From Methanobacteriota archaeon (lineage in GTDB: Archaea; Thermoplasmatota; Thermoplasmata; JAUWGG01), in the NCBI GenBank assembly GCA_030606525.1, contig JAUWGG010000001.1:1-29643 (forward strand): a stretch of DNA of 29,643 nt, read 5' to 3'. Shown here in pieces: positions 1 to 9,603 of this stretch. The translations under genes and the position numbers were made by a program. Positions within the stretch are counted from its first letter, which is position 1. Every line of letters begins with the position of its first letter. The notes under the pieces were generated by a model. The model was not told the origin of the DNA. It ran no database searches and saw nothing but the letters and a program-made list of their open reading frames with translations.

Positions 1-1248
1 CTCATCGATGATGAAGCTGTCTTTAAACTCAAACTCGATTACTACTTGCTCCACAATAGAAGGATCATCAATAGAACTGATGACTCCGTACTTATTCCAT
101 TCGAAAATCACACCTTTTTTGTAAGGAAGGCTAGAGGATACATACCTGATGCGATAAAGGTTGGTTATGACCTACATATTATGGGGGTGGGTGCTGAAAG
201 TAATGTCACTGCCAGCATTTCAAAAAATGGTGCTCTATATACAAGCCAATATATTGGGAATACGGCGCATTATGATGTTCTTCGCTTTCTTAATCTGAGC
301 GTGGATCATTTAATTAAACTTCTAGGCATCAAAAGAATTGATGGTGTTGGGGTCGATCTACATCCTCAATATCCCACAAGGCGTATTGGAATCGATATAT
401 CAAAAAAATTCGACGCTCCATTCTTCGAGGTACAGCATCACTGGGCGCATGCTGTTTCACTCATGATCGATAATGATGTGGACGAGGATATAATCGCGCT
501 CACATTGGACGGAACTGGTTACGGGACAGATAGCAACATTTGGGGCGGTGAGGTTTTGCGCTCCTCTTACCGTTCATTCAAGAGGGAAGCTTCTTTAGAA
601 TACATACCTTTGCTTGGAGGGGATAAAGCGGTTTTGGATCCAAAGCGAGTTGTCTTTGCCATATATCAAAAACTTAACAAGATTATTCCTTACTATGATG
701 ACCGAACCACAGAAATATTTACGAAAATGATAAACAAAAGCGTGGTTTCAAGCAGCATGGGTCGGATTTTAGATGCTCTTTCATGCTATCTGAATATTGG
801 AATTGAAAGAACATATGACGGTGAACCTGCGATGAAGTTGGAGCGGTATTTGTTGAATGGAAAAGACGAATACGAATTTAAAACAGAGATAGTGGATGCA
901 GATCGAAAGATCGTTCACACATTGCCCCTCTTTGATCAGCTGTATGATTATGTGAGCTATGAAAATGTACCGCATCTATCAGAAAGGGAAAAAGCTGATC
1001 TTGCATATTCGTTCGTTAGATCTTTGATTGAAAAGTTGGTAACCGTAGGAATAGATTGCGCTGAGCGGAACGATATAGGATTCATAGGGTTGAGCGGAGG
1101 GGTTTCTTACAACATTCCGATAACAAGAATGGTGAAAGAGATCGTAGAGGATTCTAATTTAAAACTTCTCCTCCATAAAAGAGTGCCCAATGGTGATGGC
1201 GGCATATCAATAGGACAAAATGCGATCGCTGCACATTTGATCGATTAG
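1..1248 (+). CDS. hypF: Carbamoyltransferase HypF, C-terminal part (5'-truncated by the window edge)
   Basis: Frame 1 is open from base 1 (LIDDEAVFKLKLDYYLLHNRRIINRTDDS). Motifs DLHPQY, QHHWAH, LDGTGYG and PNGDGGISIGQ match HypF. The ORF-track TTG at 46 is internal. Confidence 0.95.
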   Translation, partial: LIDDEAVFKLKLDYYLLHNRRIINRTDDSVLIPFENHTFFVRKARGYIPDAIKVGYDLHIMGVGAESNVTASISKNGALYTSQYIGNTAHYDVLRFLNLSVDHLIKLLGIKRIDGVGVDLHPQYPTRRIGIDISKKFDAPFFEVQHHWAHAVSLMIDNDVDEDIIALTLDGTGYGTDSNIWGGEVLRSSYRSFKREASLEYIPLLGGDKAVLDPKRVVFAIYQKLNKIIPYYDDRTTEIFTKMINKSVVSSSMGRILDALSCYLNIGIERTYDGEPAMKLERYLLNGKDEYEFKTEIVDADRKIVHTLPLFDQLYDYVSYENVPHLSEREKADLAYSFVRSLIEKLVTVGIDCAERNDIGFIGLSGGVSYNIPITRMVKEIVEDSNLKLLLHKRVPNGDGGISIGQNAIAAHLID

Positions 1249-2300
1249 CATATCCTTGGTACAGGATCGCCAATCGGCATCTCGATTATTCTTTTTCCAC
1301 CTATTAGGGTGCGCATGACCACGCCATTAATATCCTCTCTTACCTCGCCAATGATCTCAGCTTCTTTTCCCTCTTCCCTCCCTCTTAAAACACTCAACAC
1401 CTCATCCGCCTTTTCTTTAACAACAGCCATTACCACTTTCCCCTCGTTTCCTATTTCCAAGGGATCGATACCCAATAATTCACAAGCAGATTTCACTCCT
1501 TCTTTTATAGGTATTCTTTCTTCATCGATCAGTATTCCAATTGATGATTTCTCGCTCCATTCGTTGAGTGTATTGGCTAGACCGCCTCTTGTTGGGTCTT
1601 TCATCGCTGCTATGCCCCCTTCCTTCAACGCACTGTTGATCAACTTATTCAAAGGATAAACATCACTCTTGATCACGCTTTCAAAGCCGTACCCCTCTCT
1701 AAAAGAAAGGAGGGCGATACCGTGCTCGCCTATTCCACCTGAAACTATTATCTTATCTCCTTTAGCTAAATTTGCATCCCTCAACCACTTATGTTCGAAC
1801 TTTCGATATTTTCTGATCTCCTTTATATTGTTCTCTAACTCAGTACTTCTTTGTCCCAAAGCGCTTGTGGTGATCAAAATTTTCTCTAAGGCATTCTTTT
1901 CCACGACCTTCGTATCTCCGGTTATGATAGGGACATCTGCCAATTTACTCGTTTCCTCCATGCTGCATAAAATTTTTTCCAAATCATCAAAAGGAAAGCC
2001 TTCTTCTATGACCATAGCACAAGAAAGAGCGATCGGTTCTGCTCCCATTACAGAAATGTCATTGATCGTGCCTGCGACAGACAAACTGCCTATATCCCCT
2101 CCTGGAAAGAAGATCGGTTTTGGGGTATGGGAATCTGTTGTAAATACGATATCGTTGACAGCGGCTGAATCATCCAATTCTTCTATTCCCACCTCAATGT
2201 TTGCTCTATCTGTTTTAAAATGCTTCAGTACATACTCTTTGAGGAACGATTGCATAAGAGCACCGCCTGCACCGTGTGCCATTTTAATTCTTCCTGACAT
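1245..2300 (-). CDS. hypE: Hydrogenase maturation carbamoyl dehydratase HypE
   Basis: Motifs AHGAGG, TTDSH, FFPGGDIG, GDTKVV, DPTRGG and NEGK, plus the diagnostic C-terminal PRIC. ATG at 2300 follows an SD-like GGGGTTGA (the ORF track starts at TTG 2309). Confidence 0.97.
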   Translation of the reverse strand: MSGRIKMAHGAGGALMQSFLKEYVLKHFKTDRANIEVGIEELDDSAAVNDIVFTTDSHTPKPIFFPGGDIGSLSVAGTINDISVMGAEPIALSCAMVIEEGFPFDDLEKILCSMEETSKLADVPIITGDTKVVEKNALEKILITTSALGQRSTELENNIKEIRKYRKFEHKWLRDANLAKGDKIIVSGGIGEHGIALLSFREGYGFESVIKSDVYPLNKLINSALKEGGIAAMKDPTRGGLANTLNEWSEKSSIGILIDEERIPIKEGVKSACELLGIDPLEIGNEGKVVMAVVKEKADEVLSVLRGREEGKEAEIIGEVREDINGVVMRTLIGGKRIIEMPIGDPVPRIC

Positions 2301-2305
2301 TTCTA

Positions 2306-2791
2306 TCAACCCCTTAAATCTTTAACAATTTCTCTGAATATCCTTGTCAGCCTTTCAACTGCCTTCATCACTTCTTTTGAAACGCAGCTGTCAAATGATA
2401 AGTTATACGGCTGTATGCCTATAATGATGATGCTGCAACCAATGTTGGATCTAAGATAATCGCATAAGAAATTTAAAGGTTGTGCATGGGTTGAAAATGT
2501 TGCACCTTTTATTTTGCTTATATCTATTATTCTTATACAGCCGGGCTTTTCTCCCATGCTTGCCGCATCAATTAGGATAACATGGGACGGCCTTATTTTT
2601 TTTATTAGGCCTACGAAGTTCTCTGGCATCAAACCAGTGATAAAAACATGCATTTTAGGTGATAAATTCTTAAGTTCTTTGGCTGCTAAAAGGCCTGCGC
2701 TATCATCCCCTTTGAGTTCGTTACCTATGCCCAGAACGACTATGCTTCTCGCACCCTTCAATTCTTCTTTCAATTTACTCTTAACATCCAT
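2306..2791 (-). CDS. hycI: Hydrogenase maturation endopeptidase, HycI-type (A31)
   Basis: Motifs VLGIGNELKGDDSAG, GLMPENF, VILIDAA and STHAQPL. It lies directly downstream of the hydrogenase genes. Confidence 0.9.
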   Translation of the reverse strand: MDVKSKLKEELKGARSIVVLGIGNELKGDDSAGLLAAKELKNLSPKMHVFITGLMPENFVGLIKKIRPSHVILIDAASMGEKPGCIRIIDISKIKGATFSTHAQPLNFLCDYLRSNIGCSIIIIGIQPYNLSFDSCVSKEVMKAVERLTRIFREIVKDLRG

Positions 2792-2804
2792 TATAAAATA
2801 CCTG

Positions 2805-3161
2805 TTACTCTACAATTAGTGAGCTCTTATCAAAGGTAGAGAACTCGAACTTCTTTGTCAAAGATATGGCGTCCTTTGGACAAACCTCTGCGCACTGCCC
2901 GCAGAATAAACACATGCCCAGATCGAACACTGGCCTGGGCTTCTTATCTTCCTCAAATTTTTTCATTGTACAGGCTCCAGAGGGACAGTCCCTGGCACAT
3001 AACCCGCACCTTATGCACTTATCATCATAATACTCGATCTTACCTCTAAAATTTTCAGGTATTTGAGGCCTCTCAAGAGGATACAGCACGGTTGCGGGTT
3101 TCTTAATAAGATGCCGCCAGATCTCAGACAGCATAGCACCTGGATATTTCACTAAAACCAC
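2805..3161 (-). CDS. 2x[4Fe-4S] subunit (NuoI/MbhN-like)
   Basis: Two CxxCxxCxxxCP motifs (CIRCGLCARDCP, CLFCGQCAEVCP) and the N-terminal T(V)LYP..FRG motif. The start may be GTG 3152, which overlaps the upstream TAG. Confidence 0.92.
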   Translation of the reverse strand: MVLVKYPGAMLSEIWRHLIKKPATVLYPLERPQIPENFRGKIEYYDDKCIRCGLCARDCPSGACTMKKFEEDKKPRPVFDLGMCLFCGQCAEVCPKDAISLTKKFEFSTFDKSSLIVE

Positions 3162-4129
3162 CCCATATATTTAACCCCAGTTATCAACAGTAATTGAATA
3201 ATGGAAAGAGGGGCAAGCCATTTAAAGCAAAAGGTGACCATTTGGTCTATACGGAGACGCGCAAATAAGGCTCTGATGGATGCTAAAAGAAACACTATGA
3301 ATAGGGTTTTAACCAAGAAAGCGGCAAATCCTATTCCGAACTGCGCTAAAGGAGAAAGACCTGCTACTGAGATGAATGCATCAAAACCACCGAGGAATAA
3401 AGCTGAGATCAATGCTGCACCCACAACCATCTCAATATCTATTGCCATTCTAAATAGTGCTAATCTCCTGCCCACGTACTCGACAAGCAGCCCACCAACT
3501 ATTTCCGTTTCCGCGTCAGGTATATCAAAGGGTATCCTCTCCAATTTCCCCTGCAATGCTATAACAGCCACTATAAAACCCAGAGGCATCATAAGGATCA
3601 ACCAAAAATTGCTGGATTGGAAGTTCACTATATCGATGATGCTCCAACTGTCAGCAATGATAGCTGGACCTAACAGCACCAAGAAAAAGGGTACCTCATA
3701 TGCAAAAAGCTGTGTAATAGCCCTCATAGCCCCTACTTGGCTGAACGGGTTTGAAGAGTGCCAACCTGCTAAGAAAAGGGCTAGTGTAGGTATGCTCAGC
3801 AAATACAATACAACTATCAGATCTCCTTGAAATGAAAAAAAAGACTGATTGAACCATATTGGAATGTATAAGAAGGCAGTAATAACAGCTGCGAAGGCGA
3901 AGAGGGGTATGGCTGAAACCATCTTTCGATCAGCTTTTTTAGGAACAAGATCCTCTTTCGACAATAATTTGATTATATCCGCAAAAGGCTGAAGGATGGG
4001 TGGTCCCACACGGTGTTGGAAGCGCGCATATAATTTTCTGTCCACATATTCAATGAATAGCGCGTAAGCAATCAAAAAAAGGAAGCCTGGAAATACAAGC
4101 AGATATAACACTTCCAACAGAATGCTCAT
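3152..4129 (-). CDS. Membrane anchor subunit (NuoH/MbhM-like)
   Basis: Motifs DRKLYARFQHRVGP, QPFADIIKLLSKE and ERIPFDIPDAETEIVGG. About 8 hydrophobic segments. Confidence 0.93.
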   Translation of the reverse strand: MSILLEVLYLLVFPGFLFLIAYALFIEYVDRKLYARFQHRVGPPILQPFADIIKLLSKEDLVPKKADRKMVSAIPLFAFAAVITAFLYIPIWFNQSFFSFQGDLIVVLYLLSIPTLALFLAGWHSSNPFSQVGAMRAITQLFAYEVPFFLVLLGPAIIADSWSIIDIVNFQSSNFWLILMMPLGFIVAVIALQGKLERIPFDIPDAETEIVGGLLVEYVGRRLALFRMAIDIEMVVGAALISALFLGGFDAFISVAGLSPLAQFGIGFAAFLVKTLFIVFLLASIRALFARLRIDQMVTFCFKWLAPLSIIQLLLITGVKYMGWF

Positions 4130-5298
4130 CTTTTCACCTCATACCACTTTATCCCATACCTTCTCAGCGCCTCCCAATTCATGCTTCTTTCATTATTCTT
4201 TTTATCGACCAGGATAACGCGATCCATACACGCTATGCAGGGATCCATCGCTGCAAATACGATTGGGATGTCAGCGATATATCCTCCTTTCAACATCTCT
4301 ATAGTTGAAGGGATGTTTGCAAGCGTAGGTGTTCTGATCTTAACTCTCTCAGGTTTTTCTGTGCCGTTACTTTTAATGTAATAAAGGAGCTCCCCTCTTG
4401 GTGCTTCAGTATAACTGAGGATTTCATTTTCTGGAATCTTTCGACGTGCTTTCTTTCTTATTTCTCCTGCTGGCAAATTATTAACAGCATATTTTATGAT
4501 CTTGTAAGCCTCCAATAATTCTTTCACCCTAACGACTGTTCTTCCCATCACATCACAAAGATCAGAAGTGATGGCTTCAAAGGGTATCTCGTCATAAGCT
4601 GCGTAAGGATCGTCCTTCCGAATGTCCATTCTTAAACCTGAGCCGCGGGCAGTCGGTCCAACTGCACAGAGCTTCTTAGCCACTTCCTTCTTTAGAATGC
4701 CCACACCTTCCACCCTTTTAAGGAATGTTGGTTCTGTCGTAGCTATTTTTACATAATATTTTGTCCTTTCCTCTAAAGCATCCATTCCTTTCAGCAACTT
4801 TTTTTTCTGTTCATCGTTTATATCCCTTCTCGTACCCCCCACGGTGTTCATTGCATAGTTCACCCTATTACCAGAAATAAGTTCAAGGAGATCCATAACG
4901 ATCTCACGATCTCTCCATGTATACATGAATAATGTGTCAAAACCTACCTCGTGGGCTGCGACCCCCAACCATAGAAGATGACTGTGGATCCTTTCCAGCT
5001 CCAAAAATATAGTACGTATGTAAAGACCTCTTCTTGGGATCTCGAGCTCTAAAAGTTCCTCTGCTCCTTGAACAAGTGTTGAAGAATGAACATGACTGCA
5101 AATCCCACATACCCTTTCAGCCAGATATATGTTTTGAATGTAACTCCTTGCTTCCATAGCCTTTTCGATTCCCCTGTGATTATACCCGATGCGCAAAATA
5201 GGTTCAACAATGACCTCCCCTTCAACCTTTAAAGTAATATTTATAGGCTCTTTAAGAGCGGGATGCTGTGGTCCTATTGGAATAGTTATCTCAGCCAT
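4126..5298 (-). CDS. Group 4 [NiFe]-hydrogenase large (catalytic) subunit (NuoD/MbhL/HycE-like)
   Basis: Motifs GPQHP, HRGIEK, L1 ERVCGICSH, EAPRGE and L2 DPCIACMDR, followed by a 30-aa extension. All four metal-ligating Cys are present. Confidence 0.95.
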   Translation of the reverse strand: MAEITIPIGPQHPALKEPINITLKVEGEVIVEPILRIGYNHRGIEKAMEARSYIQNIYLAERVCGICSHVHSSTLVQGAEELLELEIPRRGLYIRTIFLELERIHSHLLWLGVAAHEVGFDTLFMYTWRDREIVMDLLELISGNRVNYAMNTVGGTRRDINDEQKKKLLKGMDALEERTKYYVKIATTEPTFLKRVEGVGILKKEVAKKLCAVGPTARGSGLRMDIRKDDPYAAYDEIPFEAITSDLCDVMGRTVVRVKELLEAYKIIKYAVNNLPAGEIRKKARRKIPENEILSYTEAPRGELLYYIKSNGTEKPERVKIRTPTLANIPSTIEMLKGGYIADIPIVFAAMDPCIACMDRVILVDKKNNERSMNWEALRRYGIKWYEVKR

Positions 5299-5299
5299 A

Positions 5300-5773
5300 T
5301 CATTCCTCCTTTATCTCTCCTCCTTCAACCCAATCTACTTTCCAATCCTTTCTTAAAGGATAGATGCCATCAGGCCAATCATCAGGGAGTATCAATCTCT
5401 TTGGGTCTGGATGATCCTTCACCACCACACCCATCATGTCTTGAATCTCCAGTTCATACAATACGGCTCCAGGCAGTATATCTGTTACAGTATCAACATC
5501 TGGTGCATTTTTTGGCGTATGTATCCTCAAACTAATGCACACACCATCTTTTAACAGATGATACAGCAGTTCAATATTTTCATTTACATCTACCGCTGTT
5601 ATCGTCGATATATGGGTTATGCCATATTTATCGCGAAGGTGGAGCAGCACATCTTTTAACTTTTCCTTTTTGACATCAATGAACACTCTGCGTGCGCGAG
5701 AAATCTTAATGTTTGAGACGTATTCCTTAAAGGTTTTAAGTAAATCTTCCTTAATCTCTTTTTCTACTTCCAT
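5300..5773 (-). CDS. NuoC/MbhK-like subunit
   Basis: Motifs ISTITAVD, LYELEIQDMMG, HPDPKRLILPDDW and YPLRKD. Confidence 0.9.
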   Translation of the reverse strand: MEVEKEIKEDLLKTFKEYVSNIKISRARRVFIDVKKEKLKDVLLHLRDKYGITHISTITAVDVNENIELLYHLLKDGVCISLRIHTPKNAPDVDTVTDILPGAVLYELEIQDMMGVVVKDHPDPKRLILPDDWPDGIYPLRKDWKVDWVEGGEIKEE

Positions 5774-6272
5774 GATCTGTCAACCCTTTAACTTCTATAT
5801 CCTTACCATATCCTTTTCTTTCCAATTCTTCAACTAACTTTGCTATCTTTGGATCCAATGAACTCAATAACTTCAGTACGCCAAATATTATTGCATCTGG
5901 TCTCGGTGGGCAACCAGGGACATATACGTTTACTGGCATTACCGTATCGATGCCGCCAAGCACATTGTAACACCCGCGAAATACACCGCCTGAGCATGCG
6001 CATGACCCGACTGCCAATACAAATTTCGGTTCCGGTGTTTGGTCGTAGATCCTTCTTGCCCTCGTCCATATTTGTCTGGTCATTGCTCCTGTAGCTACCA
6101 ATACATCTGCATGCCTAGGGGTTCCTTTAATTAAAATTCCAAACCGCTCTAGATCGAATCGTGGAGTTAAAGATGCCACGACCTCGATATCACAACCGTT
6201 GCATCCACCAGTATTTAGATGACATATCCACGGTGATTTTACTCGCGACCAATTTATTAATTTATCAAGCAT
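5751..6272 (-). CDS. Hydrogenase small subunit (NuoB/MbhJ-like, one [4Fe-4S])
   Basis: Motifs GGCNGCDIE (CxxC, hydrogenase type rather than the tandem CC of complex I), PRHAD, GSCA and VPGCPPRP. ATG 6272 follows GAGGTGA. Confidence 0.94.
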   Translation of the reverse strand: MLDKLINWSRVKSPWICHLNTGGCNGCDIEVVASLTPRFDLERFGILIKGTPRHADVLVATGAMTRQIWTRARRIYDQTPEPKFVLAVGSCACSGGVFRGCYNVLGGIDTVMPVNVYVPGCPPRPDAIIFGVLKLLSSLDPKIAKLVEELERKGYGKDIEVKGLTDHGSRKRD

Positions 6273-6282
6273 GTTCTTCACC

Positions 6283-6597
6283 TCATTTCCTCAACAACAT
6301 TAGTATTGACACCAAACCAACAAGCAAATAAATAACCCCCAAAATAGCTATGTTACCGCTGGGCATAGTAGCGATCATCAGCACTGCCACATGTAGAATG
6401 GTAAAAAAGAAAGCGATGTGGAAGAAATCATAGGTCTGCTGCACTTTCCCTCCAGGAATGTCCTCACCGCATGCATACGGTTTTAGTTTATCCCCCTCAT
6501 CCTTCAACTTCAAGCCCATAGAGCCGCCCAGCCTATAGATCAAATAGCCTATGACCAGGAAAACGATGAATGCTATTGGTGGGAGCAGCAGCCACAT
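6283..6597 (-). CDS. NuoA/ND3-like three-helix membrane subunit
   Basis: Three hydrophobic segments with the loop motif KPYACGE (PYECG-like) after helix 1. ATG 6597 follows GGAGGTG. Confidence 0.82.
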   Translation of the reverse strand: MWLLLPPIAFIVFLVIGYLIYRLGGSMGLKLKDEGDKLKPYACGEDIPGGKVQQTYDFFHIAFFFTILHVAVLMIATMPSGNIAILGVIYLLVGLVSILMLLRK

Positions 6598-6598
6598 C

Positions 6599-8104
6599 TT
6601 AAGCACCTCCCATCAGTCCCAACATAAATTCAACAGCTGGATCTACAATCCTCAATCCGAACATCGGTGCTATACCTAAAATAATGGTAATGGCTGCCAA
6701 AATGCATATTGCCATTAACATTGATAATGGGACTTCCTTTGCTTTCTTTGCAAGCCCAGATGTTTCCTTAGCAAAGAAGAACGTGTTGATCGCAGGTAAA
6801 TAATAACCGAGGGATAGAATGCTGTTAAATACTGCCATACCTGTGAAGAATAGCCCCCAACCACCAATATCCAGTCCCACCTTGTAGATAAGCCATTTGC
6901 TCATGAACCCGCTTAATGGCGGTACCCCTGCCAGCGATAAACCTGCGATGGCGAATGCTAACGCTGTTAAGGGCATGGTCCTCCCTATGCCTTTCATCTC
7001 CCTAATATCTCTCGTGCCAACACGATATATGATAGCACCAGCGCAAAGGAAAGCCAACCCCTTCATAAATGCATGAGTGAGGATATGGAATAAACCACCT
7101 TCAAGCCCTGCTCTTGCAATTTCACCGAACTCAAATGCGAGCCCGATACCAACAAGGATATAACCCATTTGCGTCACGCTTGAATATGCGAGCATTCTTT
7201 TTAAATCTGTCTGCACCAAAGCCATTATATTTCCAACGGTCATGGTTATCAAACCAAATATCGCAAGCGTGAACCCAAAATTTTGCGTTAACGATGTGCC
7301 TGAGAATATCAATAGGATTCGTATCATGGCAAAGAATCCGCTTTGTATTACTATACCTGAAAGCATTGCACTGATCCCACTTGGTGCTGCTGCATGGGCA
7401 TCAGGCAGCCAAGTATGTAAAGGTACGATTGCAGCTTTCACACCAAAACCAACGATGAGGAAGCAAACAGCTGCAAGTAATGGTGTTTGATTTGATATAT
7501 TTGAGATCTCGCCAGCGAGCAGTGCAAAATCTAAGGTTCCGGTTTGTGCAAATATGATAGATATCGCAAACAATGCGATGCAGGAGCCAGTCGCACTCAT
7601 AACTATATATTTGAATCCTGCTTCAATCGGTTCCCAATTCTCTCTTCTAAAGGCTACTAAGACATATGAGGATATGCACATTAATTCAAAGAACACATAC
7701 AAATTAAAAATATCGCCAGAGAGACCGATGCCAACGATGCCTGTTACAAGAAGGATCAGCAATGAATAATACTTATCCAATCTGGTGTCCTCTTTCATGT
7801 AATTTATAGAATAAATTGATACGATAAGCCCCATGCTAATGGCTATTATCCCTAAAAATATGGCCAAAGGATCAGCTCTGAGCGTGATTCTAAAGGCTGT
7901 TGCACCAGCTAGACAATATGTTGATTCGGTACCAGCCCACACATCTACGGCGATGACGAGGGTAGACCAGAGCGCAACGGTGAAGAAAAGAGCAGCTATT
8001 ATCCCGACAAGATATTCTTTTTTCACTCTGCGTAAAGCTTCACTGCAGGGATAAATGACAAATGCTCCTACGATTAGGATTATTAAAGGTATTATAGGCG
8101 TCAT
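6599..8104 (-). CDS. Antiporter-like proton-translocating subunit (MrpD/MbhH/NuoN-like)
   Basis: Motifs FFELMCISSY, GFGVKAAIVPLHTWLPDAH, LAYSSVTQMGY, THAFMKGLAFL and GFMSKW. Confidence 0.92.
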   Translation of the reverse strand: MTPIIPLIILIVGAFVIYPCSEALRRVKKEYLVGIIAALFFTVALWSTLVIAVDVWAGTESTYCLAGATAFRITLRADPLAIFLGIIAISMGLIVSIYSINYMKEDTRLDKYYSLLILLVTGIVGIGLSGDIFNLYVFFELMCISSYVLVAFRRENWEPIEAGFKYIVMSATGSCIALFAISIIFAQTGTLDFALLAGEISNISNQTPLLAAVCFLIVGFGVKAAIVPLHTWLPDAHAAAPSGISAMLSGIVIQSGFFAMIRILLIFSGTSLTQNFGFTLAIFGLITMTVGNIMALVQTDLKRMLAYSSVTQMGYILVGIGLAFEFGEIARAGLEGGLFHILTHAFMKGLAFLCAGAIIYRVGTRDIREMKGIGRTMPLTALAFAIAGLSLAGVPPLSGFMSKWLIYKVGLDIGGWGLFFTGMAVFNSILSLGYYLPAINTFFFAKETSGLAKKAKEVPLSMLMAICILAAITIILGIAPMFGLRIVDPAVEFMLGLMGGA

Positions 8105-9603
8105 ATTGGCAACCCCAAGAGTTCAGCTGATATTTTAACTAAAGGCATAAATAAATTCGGATAAATTCCAACGAGTATGGTTGCAACTGAAAGAATGAGC
8201 ATCGGGAACATTAAGCAAAATGATGGGTCCTTGACCTCTTTCCTTTCACCGCTTGATTTAGACGGACCAAAGAATACTCTCTTTACAAGCCATAAAGCAT
8301 ACCCCGTGGTGAACACAGCAGCGCAGACAGATAGTATCGATAAGATCTTAATCAAGGTAGTTGCATTTTCAATACCAAAACCACTTCCTATCATCATCCA
8401 TTCACTCTGAAAACCAGCGAATGGCGGTGCTCCAGCTATAGAAAACGCCCCGATAATGCATGCTAACGCAGTTAAAGGCATTTTCTTAGCTAAACCTCCC
8501 AACTGGTCTATGTTTCTCGTGCCAGCTGCAAGGGCTACAGCACCGATGACCATGAAGAGCAGGGCTTTAGCCATCCCATGATTGATGACATGGAATATCG
8601 AGCCGCCAGCACCCAAGCCTACGCATGAACATATCCCAAAGAACATGTATCCCATCTGACTGACGCTCGAATAACCCAATATCCTTTTTATGTCCTTTTC
8701 AACCAAGGCCATTATCGCTCCATAGAATTGGGTGATCACAGCCAATATCAATGTAAAGGGAATGAGGGATTGGCCGACGCCATCAGGCAAAACATTGAAT
8801 AGAAAACGCATCAGTCCATAAGCACCAGTACTCAGCATTATCGCAGCAAGCATGATCGTTATAGGTAATTGGGCTACAGTATGAGCATCTGGCAACCATG
8901 AATGGAACGGGAATATTGCCATTTTTATCCCGAATCCAATCACGAAGAATATAGCTATTGTCTTTAATATTGAGAAAGTTGCGTTTGAACCATAAGTGAG
9001 ACCGTGCATGCTCGTTGATCCGGTCAAGCTGTATACCCATAGAATTCCGACGAGGATGAGTATTGCGCCCACGTGGGTGAAAAAGAAATATTTTAAACCT
9101 ATGCGGTATGATTCTACAGTTTCCCCCCAATATGTGACAAGTGCCCAAGAGGCAACCAATACCATTTCCCAAAACAGATAGAACAGGATCATATCTGAAG
9201 CGAGGACAACTCCGATCATCCCCCCCATGAAGATGAGTAAGCCTGAATAATAACTGTTGATATCATGAAGCGCTTTAACATATTTAAGGGAATAAAGCAC
9301 TGATAAGGTGGAGAGAACAGAGATCGCAATCAGTAAAATCAGACTTAAGCTATCCACCATAAATCCGACAGTAAAAGGAAGATAACGACTGCTTTCAATT
9401 AAAGTAAATGCATAACTTTCATTAGATTGAACGTATGCAATGAGCGGCAGTAATAGTGGTACAGTGAGAATAGATGCGATGAACGCTCCCAGACCCAAAT
9501 CCCTTTCTGTTCTTCTACCTCCAATGAATATCAAAAGAGCTGAAATGAATGGAATGCAAATAAGAAGAATTATAATTGATGCCATGAAGGACAGACTAAA
9601 CAC
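8101..9603 (-). CDS. Antiporter-like subunit (NuoM-like, TM12 Glu)
   Basis: Motifs FWEMVL, GFGIKMAIFPFHSWLPDAH, YSSVSQMGY, NHGMAKALLF and GFQSEW. The start is GTG 9603 or ATG 9585. Confidence 0.9.
   Translation of the reverse strand: MFSLSFMASIIILLICIPFISALLIFIGGRRTERDLGLGAFIASILTVPLLLPLIAYVQSNESYAFTLIESSRYLPFTVGFMVDSLSLILLIAISVLSTLSVLYSLKYVKALHDINSYYSGLLIFMGGMIGVVLASDMILFYLFWEMVLVASWALVTYWGETVESYRIGLKYFFFTHVGAILILVGILWVYSLTGSTSMHGLTYGSNATFSILKTIAIFFVIGFGIKMAIFPFHSWLPDAHTVAQLPITIMLAAIMLSTGAYGLMRFLFNVLPDGVGQSLIPFTLILAVITQFYGAIMALVEKDIKRILGYSSVSQMGYMFFGICSCVGLGAGGSIFHVINHGMAKALLFMVIGAVALAAGTRNIDQLGGLAKKMPLTALACIIGAFSIAGAPPFAGFQSEWMMIGSGFGIENATTLIKILSILSVCAAVFTTGYALWLVKRVFFGPSKSSGERKEVKDPSFCLMFPMLILSVATILVGIYPNLFMPLVKISAELLGLPI

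Noticed and set aside
1669-3830. Long plus-strand ORFs (1669-2325, 3201-3830) and the many other short antisense ORFs
   Set aside because: They are shadows of well-supported genes on the opposite strand, with no motifs or SD sites.
4126-5298. Assignment as respiratory complex I, Fpo, Ehr or MBS (Mbx)
   Set aside because: Those lack some or all NiFe-ligating Cys. Here both CxxC motifs, a cleavable tail and an adjacent HycI/HypE are present.
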